This document shows positions 25,159-37,760 of a DNA stretch of 64,000 nt, piece by piece (the stretch's first letter is position 1; the number at the start of each line of letters is the position of its first letter). The notes below the pieces were generated by a model. That model ran no database searches. It saw only the letters and a list, made by a program, of their open reading frames with translations, and had not been told where the DNA came from. Source of the stretch: Octopus vulgaris (taxonomy: Eukaryota); assembly GCA_951406725.2 (NCBI GenBank), contig OX597817.1, positions 111,538,001 through 111,602,000 of the forward strand, in the 5' to 3' direction. The translations under genes were made by a program, and so were the position numbers.

Positions 25159-28100
25159 GTATTTTTTCTTTTGCAGCATTAGTCAGAGAATTTCTAGTTT
25201 ATCCTCAAACGAGGAAATTTTTAACAAACACTGTGATAGATACAATGCAGCATTACTTAAGGCAGGATATAAAAGTAAGATTTGGTTTATACCTAAGGGG
25301 AACCCCTAATGGAGGTAGAACTATCAGGAACAACACAAATAGATTTAGGATAATCAACAATATACATAAGAATAGTAAAAATAGAATATATGATAACACC
25401 TATAATAAATGTGGAAGTGACGTTAACCTTGGAAAGGTGAACGGTAGCTCAAATAGATCTAAGCATACGGGTAATAGTAGTAATATTAATAATAATATAC
25501 GAATTAAAACTTATGGTAGACATGATAATGGTAAAGTTTACTTGCGCAATAACCATGGTAATATTGATATAGATAGATATAATAATAACAGTGGTAAGAA
25601 TAGTAATCCTATGAGTTGGTCTACGAATAGGATTTTCACAAATAACATTAATTCTATAGGCAATCCTAATTCTGATAAGGATACTCTTTGGTTGATTATC
25701 CCGTATGCAATGCAGATTAAAACAAACATAGTGAGAGCTTTGCATAATGTTATTTTTAGGCATTTTGGTAAGGATAGGAATAAATTTAGTCCTTTAATTA
25801 ACAACGGTACTGTTAGAGTGGGATATAGCATTACTCATAATCTAGCCACCATTATCTCCTCTTTTAATAACAAGAAACTGGATCACTTCTATAAGGATAG
25901 AAAATTGAATTTAGACCAGGATAACTTGCCCCTCTTCATTAATAATAGGAATAGAAATTTTCTTGGAACAAATGGGAACAACCTCCTTACTAATAATGAG
26001 TGCACCATACCTGTCAGAGATAATATAAATGTAATAGATCATACTACTACTACCAATACTAGTACTAGTGATAGAAATATAGCCGATAATGTGAAATTAA
26101 CTCATTCGTTGATTTTGGGTTTGGATGATGATAACAATTGTAACACTTATAATGTGAATAGTAGTATAGGGGTGGTGTCCAATCTTAGATTTCCTCATTC
26201 TGTTAATCTTTGTAATTGCAGAAATAAAAATAAATGTGTATTTGGTAATCAATGCCTCAGGAAGGAGGTAGTTTACCAATGCACTGTAGATACACAATTG
26301 AGTAGTAGGGTGTATATCGGTGCAACTATGAATAGCATAAAACAAAGATGGAATTATCACAGATATACTTTTAGGAATAAAAATAGAATGTACTCTACAG
26401 GGCTAAGTGCATACATTTGGGAACTTAAAAGTAAGAACTTAGATTTTAGATTAAACTGGAAAATACTAACTTCAGCACCTGTGTATAATGGAAAAAATAA
26501 AAATGCTCTCTATGTATTAATGAAATTTTCTTCATTATTAAAGCGGGTCGGCAAATTATTAACAACATTAATGAGAAAAACTTCTTTTGTATTCATAGGC
26601 TACCGTTCACCTTTTCTAGATTCAAATAGAACTTAGCACTTCCACTATTATTAATTTTTTAATTCCCTTCTTTAACTAAATATACCTGTGGTCCTCTATA
26701 ATTCTAAAGTATACAATTTATAAATTTCATAATTTTATAATTTTTATAGCTACATTTGTATAATAATTAATGGATGTGTCTAGTATTATTGGTTCCTTGA
26801 TTTTTGTATGTGGGTTTTTGTTTGTTTTTTTAAGAGAAATGCAATATGACATAAAATAGCATATTCATTTTGGTATTTGCCTTGTAATGTGTGATTTTTG
26901 AAGTTTTCCAATATTGCATAGTATATTGCATAGTATATATGTATATCTTGGTTAGATACCTAGCTCTAGATAATGTAATGATATTGTATAATATGTGATA
27001 TATGAGAGCCTTTTATGAGTTTGGTGGGTTTAGGTTGAGATTATAGGTTTTTTGTATGTGTTTATTTGGAAGGTTTTTATTATATATTTGGTCTTTTTGT
27101 ACTCACCTTAATTTGTATCTTATGCTATTCACTGATAAACCTTTTTCATTTTTCTTTTTTTCATTTTCTCATTTACATGCATTTTGCTTTATAATTATTA
27201 CCAGCCTCATATATTTAGTTTATATCTATAGTCCTCTGGATCTGTACTTTAAACTATCCTTCCATACATTTTTACTTTCAACAATATAAAATATATATAA
27301 AATATATATATTCACTTTATTTATTTTTATTTATTTCCCATTTTATTGTAATATTATCAATCTTTGCATCTAGTCTTCTATTCATTTATTTATTTGCCTA
27401 TTTAAGTGTAGATGTTTACATACATATCAAGTCATCTAATTTGTTACCTATTTATTTTTTACTTATTTACTTATACTGGTGTAGTTTTATACATACATAT
27501 CTATCATTTATTTGTATTTAATTTTAATAATATATGAATACATATATACTAGTTTGTACTTATAATTATGTGTACAACCGTATTTATTCCTTCGTATTTA
27601 TTCCTTCTTATTTATTTTATCTCTTTTCATCTTAAGTCTTTATAATATAAAATTTATTTAAAATTTCTGTGATGTTCTCATAAGCGTTTACATTAATACT
27701 TCCCCTTCTATTCTTTAATGCCTAAACTGGTATATTTTGGCACTATATTTATTAAGTTAATAAGTGACTTATTTATAATATTTAAATTAATATATATTTT
27801 ATATTTTATATTTTATAATTTAGCGTACTTAAAATCATAACAAACTTACGATAAACCTAACAACCGTATGTTTACTCTGTAACAAACCGGTGTTATAAAT
27901 TTTAAGTTACCCATGAAATAATTATCTGAATTAGTAACATACTGATATTTAAAAATATATTTATATCTAAATTAAATATTTTATAGAATGCATGGATGGT
28001 TCTTTTTTTGTTATTAAGGCTCAGTTATAATTTTGAAGGACTAAATGTTAGCATAGTTGCTTCCCTTTTTTGTTTATCTAAGTGCTAGTTGTTGCTTGTT

Positions 28101-28376
28101 AATATGTATGTGTATAAGTGTATGTATATACATATAACTATGTGTGTATGTGCGATTGATCTGTAGATGCGTGTGTGAATATTGGCGTTCCTTGACTAAC
28201 CAACCGTATAATTTTCTTTTGTGATTTAAATTTCAAACCAATAGCCAATCGAATTAATCTAAATTTTCTTTACCTAGTGGTCAGCATTTCTTAACTCATA
28301 GTTATTTCGATCTTGAAAGGATGGACTTGGTGCTAACTTAACTGTATCTATTTTTAGTATTTTTTTATTATTATTA

Positions 28377-28420
<44 letters not shown>

Positions 28421-29243
28421 AGTAATTTTTATTAACTTTTATAGCTTTAGAATTTTATGAACTGTACCACGGATTTAATTATTATTTTTCATCTCCATAT
28501 GTGTTAGCCCTTTTTTTATAAAAAAAACTATTAGCCAAATATGTATAATATCGGTACTTATTAATATTAATATATACACTGTTATATATTTTGTTTTATA
28601 TTGTTCTGTTTACCTTCCTTTTTGTACAAATGTGTATTATATTATATAAGTGTAGCATTATGATGTATAAGTTTTTATATTTTACATTTTTATATTTTTA
28701 TATTTATATGTATATGATTATATAATATTTTTCACTATTATAACAAATTTAATTTAATTCTCTGAAGAGGCCGTGGGGCATCCTTGTTAATGCCTCATTT
28801 ATACCTGCCTTTATGGCTTATAGGTTAAATGAGGTATGACTGTCCTCACTGCCGAAACAGCTGTCAGTTTTGATTTATTTGCATATTATATTTGAAATTT
28901 TTTACTTATATCTCTTTATCTTTTTACTTTTACTATTACTGTATATCTCATTTCATTTTATATATTGCCTTTACTCATATGTAATGGTGTATTAAAGTAT
29001 GGATTGAGTATCATCGGATAGTTGATGTTTTACTGATTTAAGTATGTTTCTCCATTCTCTAATTTTGTAGTATTAATTTACGGTAATATTATTACCTTTA
29101 CCCATTTAATACAATAGATGAACTGATTGCTTGACAATTTTTAACATCTATGTATTATTTTTGTTGGGTACCTATCTAGCAGTATATTGGATATATATTA
29201 TCCCATGGTGGGTTGAATTTTCAACCCCTATCTCATTTTATAA

Positions 29244-29246
<3 letters not shown>
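25159..29246 (+). mobile_element. 5'-truncated Penelope-like retroelement (RT thumb, Asn-rich linker, GIY-YIG, 2.6 kb 3' region, hammerhead)
   Basis: Alternative frame SISQRISSLSSNEEIFNKHCDRYNAALLKAGYK; main frame CNCRNKNKCVFGNQC..EVVYQC..VYIGAT..IKQRWNYH..TF..STGLSAYIWELK..LNWKIL; ends at (TA)n. Confidence 0.85.
28760..28867 (+). ncRNA. Type I hammerhead ribozyme in the PLE pLTR
   Basis: CT-CTGAAGA-GGC..ATGCCTCATTTA..TAAATGAGGTAT..GCC-GAAAC-AGCT-GTC-AG; helix I is short. Confidence 0.75.
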
Positions 29247-29314
<68 letters not shown>

Positions 29315-30213
29315 CATATAGGAAATTTGAGGGGCTACTTATTTATTAGAAACCCGTCTCAAATAAAGGACAGTTTTATCATTTTTTATCTTTTCAAATT
29401 CGTTTGAAAGCTTCCTTCCAAGCAGCTATAATTAGTGATTCAGTTTCTCTTCTCAAATTTCCATCTCTCAATCATAACCACCGTTTTTCAGTTTCTCCTT
29501 CCTGAATTTGTGGCATAAATTGATCCTATAATTTATTCTGTTTCTAGTTATTTGTTCTATTCTTGAAATATTTTGATTATTTCAGTGTCTTCTTCGATGT
29601 TCCCAACCGTAGACAACAGTCTTTCCTCACTAGGCTAACACAATTTTCCAAAACTAAATCACAGGTTTTATGGTTTCTGCTACGTTTGACAAACCTCTAC
29701 CATCTTCCCTTTCAGATAAATATAGCCTTTTGATATTACTTTTAGATAGGTATGCGTTATGCATTATGAGCAACAAATACCACTGAGGTCGACTTTGCCT
29801 TTCATCCTTTCGGAATCGATGACATTAGTACCAGTTGAGCACCGAGCTCGAGAGCTGCGGTTATGCAATGACAGCGTTAGATTTGCTACACTTTCACTAC
29901 TTCAAGCCTCCACTGATATGTAGCACTTGGTAAATGAGGTAGTCTGATATCGCTGCCCGCATTGTTGTTGTTGTTCTTGTTTACCTTGTTGTTACATTGT
30001 TTTATACGAGCTGTTCCAAGTCTCACCCTGAATTCTCAAATAACAGCAAATCGTTATTTATTGTGTTATTTATGTGTTACTAAGGGCGTTGTTATTATCA
30101 TTTTTGTTTCTGCATTTCGCCTTTTGTCCAATGCACAATTCTAGCTCCATATCTGATAACCGGCACTGCTCTTGAATTAATCGCTTCATTAACATTTCCT
30201 GAATATAACCTTG

Positions 30214-30412
30214 TCGAGCTGGCAGAATCATTAGTATGCTGGACGAAATGCTTAGCAGCATTTTTCCGTCTTTACGTTCTGAGTTCAAATTTTGCCGAGG
30301 TCGACTTTGCCTTTCATCCTTTTGGGGTTGATAAAATAAGTACCAATTGATCAATTGATCGCAGAGGTTGATTTAATCGAAATTGTTGGCTTTGTGCTAA
30401 AATTTGAAACCA
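30214..30412 (+). mobile_element. SINE family B
   Basis: GAGCTGGCAGAATC..TTCTGAGTTCAAAT..GGTCGACTTTGCCTTTCATCCT; matches the clusters at 45.4, 50.8 and 54.7 kb. Confidence 0.85.
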
Positions 30413-31803
30413 ATATTTTCCTCAATCTTCTTGTATACCTCCTACTTGCAATTTGCTTCATTTTTTCAAGTTTTATTTCACCTGCCCCTGATATTCCTAA
30501 ATACTTTTACCACTGTCTTTTCTCAGTTGATTTGATTCTTTGCATTTGGCATTTCAACAGATGTCTTGAATTACGTTCGATAGTTAAAATTATTTACACT
30601 TGGCGTAAAGTGGGAAATAATAGATAACTTTCAATGTTTACTTTTAAGTAATATTGAGGAAAATATTGGTTTCAAATTTTAGCACAAAGCCAACAATGTA
30701 TATAAAACAATGTATATAAAAAAGAATATAACTTTCAGTGATGTCTTCTAAAAACTGTACATTCAATACTACCTATGCAGGATGTTTCACATTCTATTAT
30801 GCGTTTCATCCCAAAGGCTGTGGTTTTTGAAAAGAAATTATATATTTCATGGTTCTCAATATTCTTCCAACCATCTTAACAGTTTTCAAAATAGCGATAG
30901 AATTTCCACGGATATTGCTAATTATTTATATCTAGATTTTTGTATACATCATCAAAATTTTACTAATATTTATCATATATGATTACAGTACTAACAGAAA
31001 AAATCTAACGATATTTTAAAAGTAAACAAAATTATCACCTATTGACCGAAATCGCATAAATATTTAAAGATTATATTTGAGTATATATATAAAAGAAAAA
31101 CAATGAATGTATGTTGCTCTCGATTTAGCTGAGAAAATAAATGCTAAATAATTTTGAAGTCGACGTCATTTTTAAATGATGTCGATCACAACTTCAGTCT
31201 GCTCATTTTCTTTATTACGTCACTTCTTATTTTTGTAATCTCTTATATTTTCAAAACATTGCAATAATTGTTTTAGAAGAAATCTTGATAATCAGTATTC
31301 TGCTGTTCTGAAAATATTATATCAAATTAGCAAACAAACTGTCACAATAACCCACGTCAAAGATATGAACATATTTTTGTTGTTTTTATGTTGTTTTACC
31401 AGAATATAATATAATCACCTTTTATTAAATTCGATTTCTTGATATAACAATCAAAGCATACATTTTCATTAAATCTTTGGTGTTGCAATCTGCTTTGAGA
31501 GAGAAAGAGTAAACAAACATTTTATTATTTCTTTTGTGGAAGTAACATGCAATATAAATGTCTCAAGCCACCGTGAAACAGTATCAAAGAATACTTTCTC
31601 CTATCGCTAGTGAACCATATATGCATCTACACGAAATCATTTCCATAGAGTTGGCGTTTAGGTCATCGTAAGTAGTCCGAAAGAAACATTACATTGTGCT
31701 GAGACACAAGGCAAACATGATTTTATCCATTATTTAATATATTGGTCATCAAACTTAATTCCTTTGGTTTCTTACTACACACATCTCAGCTTCCCCTCCA
31801 TCG

Positions 31804-31847
<44 letters not shown>

Positions 31848-32369
31848 TCCTCTCTTTTTCTCTCTCTTGCAGTTGCTTGTGTATCACTAATCAGTGTCTA
31901 TACATACTTTGTTTCAAAGTTCCATTTTCATAAATCAATAATAATACTTTAAAATATTAATATTCCAGTCGTTAGTGAGTTTAAGTTATTCTGTATTGCT
32001 TGTCACTTTTGGGGTCAGCTATAATTTCATACAATCCTTTTGACTTTGAAATGCTATTGGCTCTTATATGATTTATGAACTGCGCAATAATATTGCTATA
32101 AAGTTGTATCTACAATAACTGGGCTGGTATCGACAATTATACTACATTCCGTTCTTTTATGCGAGCTACTTTTACATACAATTTAAATATACTTTTGTCA
32201 GGAGGCGGAAATGATCGTTTTTATTGATAAATCGAAAATGAGCCGTACCAGTTAACTCATAATCCCTAAGAGATATACTTTTGTTTAGCCCTCATCAATC
32301 ATGGCTTTACCAGTTGATATTTTTCTATATCTAAGACTATTCTTTCAGTGAATGGCGGTGCCCCAGCAG

Positions 32370-32440
32370 AATGGCGGTGCCCCAGCAGAATGGCGGTGCC
32401 CCAGCATGGCCACAGCTCGTGAGCTGAAACTAGATAAGAT
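32370..32440 (+). repeat. Three tandem 19-bp copies of a SINE tail motif
   Basis: (AATGGCGGTGCCCCAGCAG)x3 followed by TGGCCACAGCTC. Confidence 0.8.
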
Positions 32441-32971
32441 AAGATATCGTTCAATATGTTCTTTCCTTTTTAGAAAATTTGGCTTTTATTTTTTGCAGAT
32501 CGTGTGACTACGTAGACGTTCTCCTGTTCGCTAGAGAAGAATACATAATTCGACTTGGTTTGTTTGATTTGTGCCGACAGGAGATGGAGAGTAGACTTGA
32601 TGCGAAATGTCAAACCTTTTTTTCAAAATCAAATAACCAATCTTTTTTCACTTTGAACATTTTTTTATCACATAATATGTTGCTATTTTTGCTAAAGATT
32701 AAGAAGTATTCTTTCAGCGTTACATCATAACCGTTCTATAACGTTATCAATGTTGATATGATTTTTAGAAAGCAATCAGCTACTGTTTGCTGAAATTCAT
32801 TACAATGCTGAAATTCATTAAAATGATATAAAATTTACAACTGTATAAAATGTTGTTATATATGTGGATCAAGATGCAATTACAGCAGTTTAGCTTTATA
32901 TCAACTCTGCTCGAGCAGACCTAAGATCAGGGACGTGCTCGTCATAACCATCCTACTTTCAGTGCTTCTAA

Positions 32972-33040
32972 GACACATCATTTAGATTCGGTGCATCTAG
33001 GACACATCATTTAGATTCGGTACATTTAGGACACATCATT
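32972..33040. repeat. 29-bp minisatellite, about 2.4 copies
   Basis: Unit GACACATCATTTAGATTCGGT(G/A)CAT(C/T)TAG. Confidence 0.85.
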
Positions 33041-34520
33041 ATCGTTTGACCAGCAGAGCAGACGGCCACAATCTTCCCCTACCAACTGCAGCTGATATAA
33101 ATAATTATAGCCCTCTTGACAGGTGATTAGTCCTAGACAACCTTAGGTAGAATTGAACTCAGAACACAAAGAGCCAGAACAGTTATGACAAGGCATCTCA
33201 TCCGATGCCCCCAAAATTCCACCAGTCCACTGCTCTATACCAGAGGGCAATGATTTGATTTATGAGAAATACTGAAAAGTGATGTATTGCTGAAACCCTT
33301 TATGAAATATAGTCAGATGAAAGTATCTTGACATATTTTTTTTTAATACTAATAAAACCAAATTATTACATAGTTTAACATTACTGGTAAAGTCATATAT
33401 GAATAAACTAAACTAAAACTCCAATCTCCGAAGTTGAAGTATTGTAATACCGAAAAACATTTAGGTCGTAAACCCTCTTTAGGTTATGTTTGAAAGTGAA
33501 ATTTAGATTTAAAGAATCATGGTAAAATTATTATCAGCGATTCAACTCTATGTTTTATGCTGATTAAAACAGCAAAAATTCTTGTGATCCGAAGAAATAT
33601 ATACTTTTCTCCGTTAGAAATGTTTTTCAGTGAATCCAAAACATATAATGTGGCTTTCACATTGATGAATTATTTAGTAGGTATCAAAGGCATCTAAATC
33701 TGATACTTTCAAGGAAATTCCTTCGTTAGCAAATTGAACCAATAAAACTGATTCTGACCTTTTGAGGAATGAAGTTAATCAATATAAAGATGCTTTTGGA
33801 TTCAGTTCCTATAAAAATAGAAATAACAGGCTGAGCAATTTCAACTTTGATACTTCCGGACTTCAATGAATAATTTTAAAGAATATTTAATGGGATTAAT
33901 AATGTTAAATCAAAGTTAAGAATTAAAATTCAGTTAAAGCTTTTCAATGTTATTTAATGTTTTAAGTTTGATTTCATTTGGCATAATAAACGCTACTTCA
34001 GTCATGAAACTCTCTAGCAAACAAGCAAGCCACAAGAAAAATGTTAACCTAGAAACTGCAAATATTTATGAGCCAAGCCAATCTACTTCAAACATTAAGA
34101 TAATTATAGTTAATATTTTAATTTATTGTTATAAAATTTTTTTTAAAAAACTTTAAAAAATATATTTAAACAATGTCATAAACACATTAAAACAATTTCG
34201 TAATAAAATTTCTAGTTATTTGGGTACATTTTAAGAACGTTTTTTTTTTTTAAGAATTCTAACTATAACCCACACCATATCAAGCTATAAAAATGAATTT
34301 TAATTTGGCAATTCTGGTCCATATCGATATACATGATTGCAAATACTTTGTAAGCAGTGCCTTATACAAGTATCACAAGGGTATCTAACCAGCTTGCACA
34401 TATATTTTTATATAATCACGCAGAAACACACACACACATATTTCTTTGGGGGTGGGGGTGAATGTTGAAGCATATATGAAGCTAAAAGTAATAGCGTATG
34501 TATGTATGTATGTATGTATG

Positions 34521-34551
<31 letters not shown>

Positions 34552-36663
34552 GCATGCATGTATGAATGCATATATACTGTAAAAGGAACCTTTCCGTTCA
34601 TATGAAAAGGTTGCGTTGAAATCAAAGAAAGCTGAAGTTCGCTGGATCAATATCTGCGAATACTACCAATTGCATTCTCAACAATCATCTTCCGAACTAT
34701 ACTTACGTTATCGACGCTATAATAAAAGTGTTTTTATTCCTTTTAAAGTCTACATAACTATTTCTTACTGCATTTAAGTTTGTGCGTTCATTCTAACGCT
34801 TTAACACTTCGTTATATTCGTTAATATTAACTTTTCATTATATTCTACAGTTCTGCCGTCGAGTACAAGCTCTATTCATTATAAACTATTAATATGTACC
34901 CTATTTGTTAACACCACAAAAACATCGTCGCAAACATATTCATGTGCTTATTATGCTGATGAGATATGCTGAATTAAACTTCTCTTTTTTTTTTTTTTTA
35001 TAAAATCGTGAATATCATTGATTATCTTTAATCTTATAACTATGACCTCTAGCTTTAAAAACGTTGGAGCACATGTGTGAAGCAGAACCGTTAAATTTCA
35101 AATTTAATTATGTTAGATTAAAAAGTAATATAATAGAAATCGATCCAGCGAAGGGAATAAAGGTTTTCGGATTTGAAAAAAAAAAGAAAAAAAAAATTAA
35201 AAAATACGCCTGTCTTATGTATATATAAAACATGACAAAAGTTTGGAAGCAAATTACAAAAATAGACCAGACTGAGATAGTGAAGAACAGTTTCAAAAGA
35301 ATCTTATACACGATGATAGTCTACTGTGTTATTCCAATATATTTATACTCATTTAATATGTTCTACCGTTGCCGCAATGATACCGCTTAAAGTACAAGGC
35401 ATTGGTGTTTTTTATAATATATATCTTACCGAAAGGTCATGTCATAGGCAATTACTATCCAAAATTGTTCAAGCTTTACCTTTGCTTTTAAAGTCTCCAA
35501 ACCCTCAATGACTACTACTGCTGTACGAATGAATGGTCCTTATATATATATAAGTCCTGACTGTGAGTCCATCAAAAGAGAGCCCGTGTGTGTGTGTGAA
35601 CTTTTATAAATTTACGATTGTTAGAAATGCCTGCTTGGATCTAGAACGGTAAAAATTCCTTCATCGAGTAGAGAGGGAACCGGTACAAAAAAGGCATGCA
35701 CAAAGACACCATCTCCTTCAGCAGCTACGTGGTCGTCAGAGACATTTACACCTTTTCTGCATGAGACGTGCATTATCAGAAACTGGTCTAAGCCAGCTAT
35801 TCTTAACGTTTCCCACTTTGTTTGCATGAGAAGTTCATCTTCAGACACTGGTCTATGTCCACTATTCTGCTTGCTTCTGATGGTCAGCCCTTGATGCATT
35901 CCCTTAGTCATTCCAATGATATATTCCCTTTTTCATTCCTCCACGTTCCCTTATTCTCTTTCTTTCGATCCCTCGCTGTTTTGTTCTCTCAGCAACCTTC
36001 CTATAGCAACCTTCCTATAGCCAAGCAGGCATAGCTGATGACTATAAGCGAATTAGACTTGCGCAAACTTTTAGTTATATAGTATGCTTTGTTTGTATTT
36101 CGACAGTCTGCGGTTGTATCAAACATGAACTACACCCTATACATGTGTTTGTTCGTGTGTGTATGTGTACACACACACACATATTATATACATATAGGAA
36201 GATTATAAAGTTTGGCTACATAGGCGCAGATTGCATAGTTTCAATAATTTTATTTAACTACATTAATGAATCACTCATTTTCGACATGGTCTTCACCATT
36301 AGTGATGCAAAGTTCGATGCGCATTGCGAGATTCACATGATGTAGTAACCCCATTTGTCCGCCAATTTGAGTACATTCATTTAAGATGCGTCCTTTCAGA
36401 TGATTCATATCTTGGATTTTCATTGAGAACACCTCCTTCAGCATATCCCAGAAAAAGACGTCTAGGGGACAAACACCATGTACTCGGAATCAGTGCTCTC
36501 ATGGGTCTAGGGGCCCAATTATGATTTATGTGTATTATGTGGCTTGTTGTCAATAAATAAATGCTATAGGGCTCGGTGCAGTGATTTTCCCAAGGTCCTT
36601 TAATACTGCTAAGACGGGTCTACCCAGACTTTATGGTTGTCATGCCTATATATATATATATAT

Positions 36664-37053
36664 GGGCGCAGGAGTGGCTGGGTGGTAAGTAGCTTGCTTA
36701 CCAACCACTTGGTTCCGGGTTCAGTCCCACTGCGTGGCACCTTGGGCAAGTGTCTTCTACTATAGCCTCGGGCCGACCAAAGCCTTGTGAATGGATTTGG
36801 TAGACGGAAACTGAAAGAAGCCCGTCGTATATATGTATATATATATATATATGCGTGTGTGTGTTTGTGTGTCTGTGTTTGTCCCCCTACCATTGCTTGA
36901 CAACCGATGCTAGTGTGTTTATGTCCCCGTTACTTAGCGGTTCGGCAAAATAGACCGATGGGCTTACAAAAGAATAAGTCCCGGGGTCGAGTTGTTCGAT
37001 TAAAGGCGGTGCTCCAGCATGGCCGCATTCAAATGACTGAAACAAGTAAAAGA
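36664..37053 (+). mobile_element. SINE family A, full length
   Basis: GGCGCAGGAGTGGCTG head with box A/B-like motifs; tail CATGGCCGCA..GAAACAAGTAAAAGAG. Confidence 0.9.
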
Positions 37054-37054
37054 G

Positions 37055-37097
<43 letters not shown>

Positions 37098-37379
37098 GTA
37101 TGTATATATGTATGTATATATATATATTGTTGCTAAATATAGGTGTATGATTGTAGTGTTTAGTTGTTAATGGACCATGATGCAGTCGTTCGATTTGCTA
37201 AAAAGCACAACCAAATATTCTTACAATCAGACTCTCCTATTTTAAACAACATGTAAATAATCTGATACAATCACGTCCTCTAAAGAACACAACAACTACA
37301 CACACAAAAATAACATAAAAGATACGAACAACAACACAAAAGCTTGAGAATTTCGATTATTTAAAACAGAAACTCAAAG

Positions 37380-37520
37380 AGAATGGACTAAGTGGAGCAG
37401 GAGCACATACGAGGACGGAAAGTATCGCTGAAGAGGTCACAGATGTCTGACGAAAGATTTCCGGATAACGGACATAATATAAAATACGAACAGTGAAAAA
37501 CGAGTGAAGAACGGATATAT
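37380..37520 (+). repeat. Dispersed repeat with hammerhead-like core (37424-37466)
   Basis: Diverged inverted copy at 40392-40531; ATCG-CTGAAGA-GGTCA..TGAC-GAAAG-ATTTC-CGGAT. Confidence 0.6.
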
Positions 37521-37760
37521 AGTGCATCTCTTTATTTGGTAAAAAAAATAAATAGATAAAAATGACCATCCCGAAATACAACAAAACCCAATGAAGTTTT
37601 GAGGGGACGGGGACAACTAGAGAAGAAAACAAATTTAATCCTAACAGGATAAGTCACATGTGTTGTTTTTTAAAAAAAAGTGAAGCGACAAAGAAGTCAA
37701 ATTTAAAATGGAGTCAGGAAGTAGACATCACAGTCATTGTTCGGTTTGATTGAAAAATGA

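Noticed and set aside
25095-26636. Functional Helitron-GIY-YIG fusion gene
   Set aside because: The RT-thumb part is out of frame and the C-terminus appears frameshifted; the junction looks incidental
32370-33040. CRISPR-like short repeats
   Set aside because: Contiguous tandem copies with no spacers, in a eukaryotic context
35621-35911. Possible host exon or LINE endonuclease fragment
   Set aside because: No recognisable domain beyond a weak SDDH; no splice support
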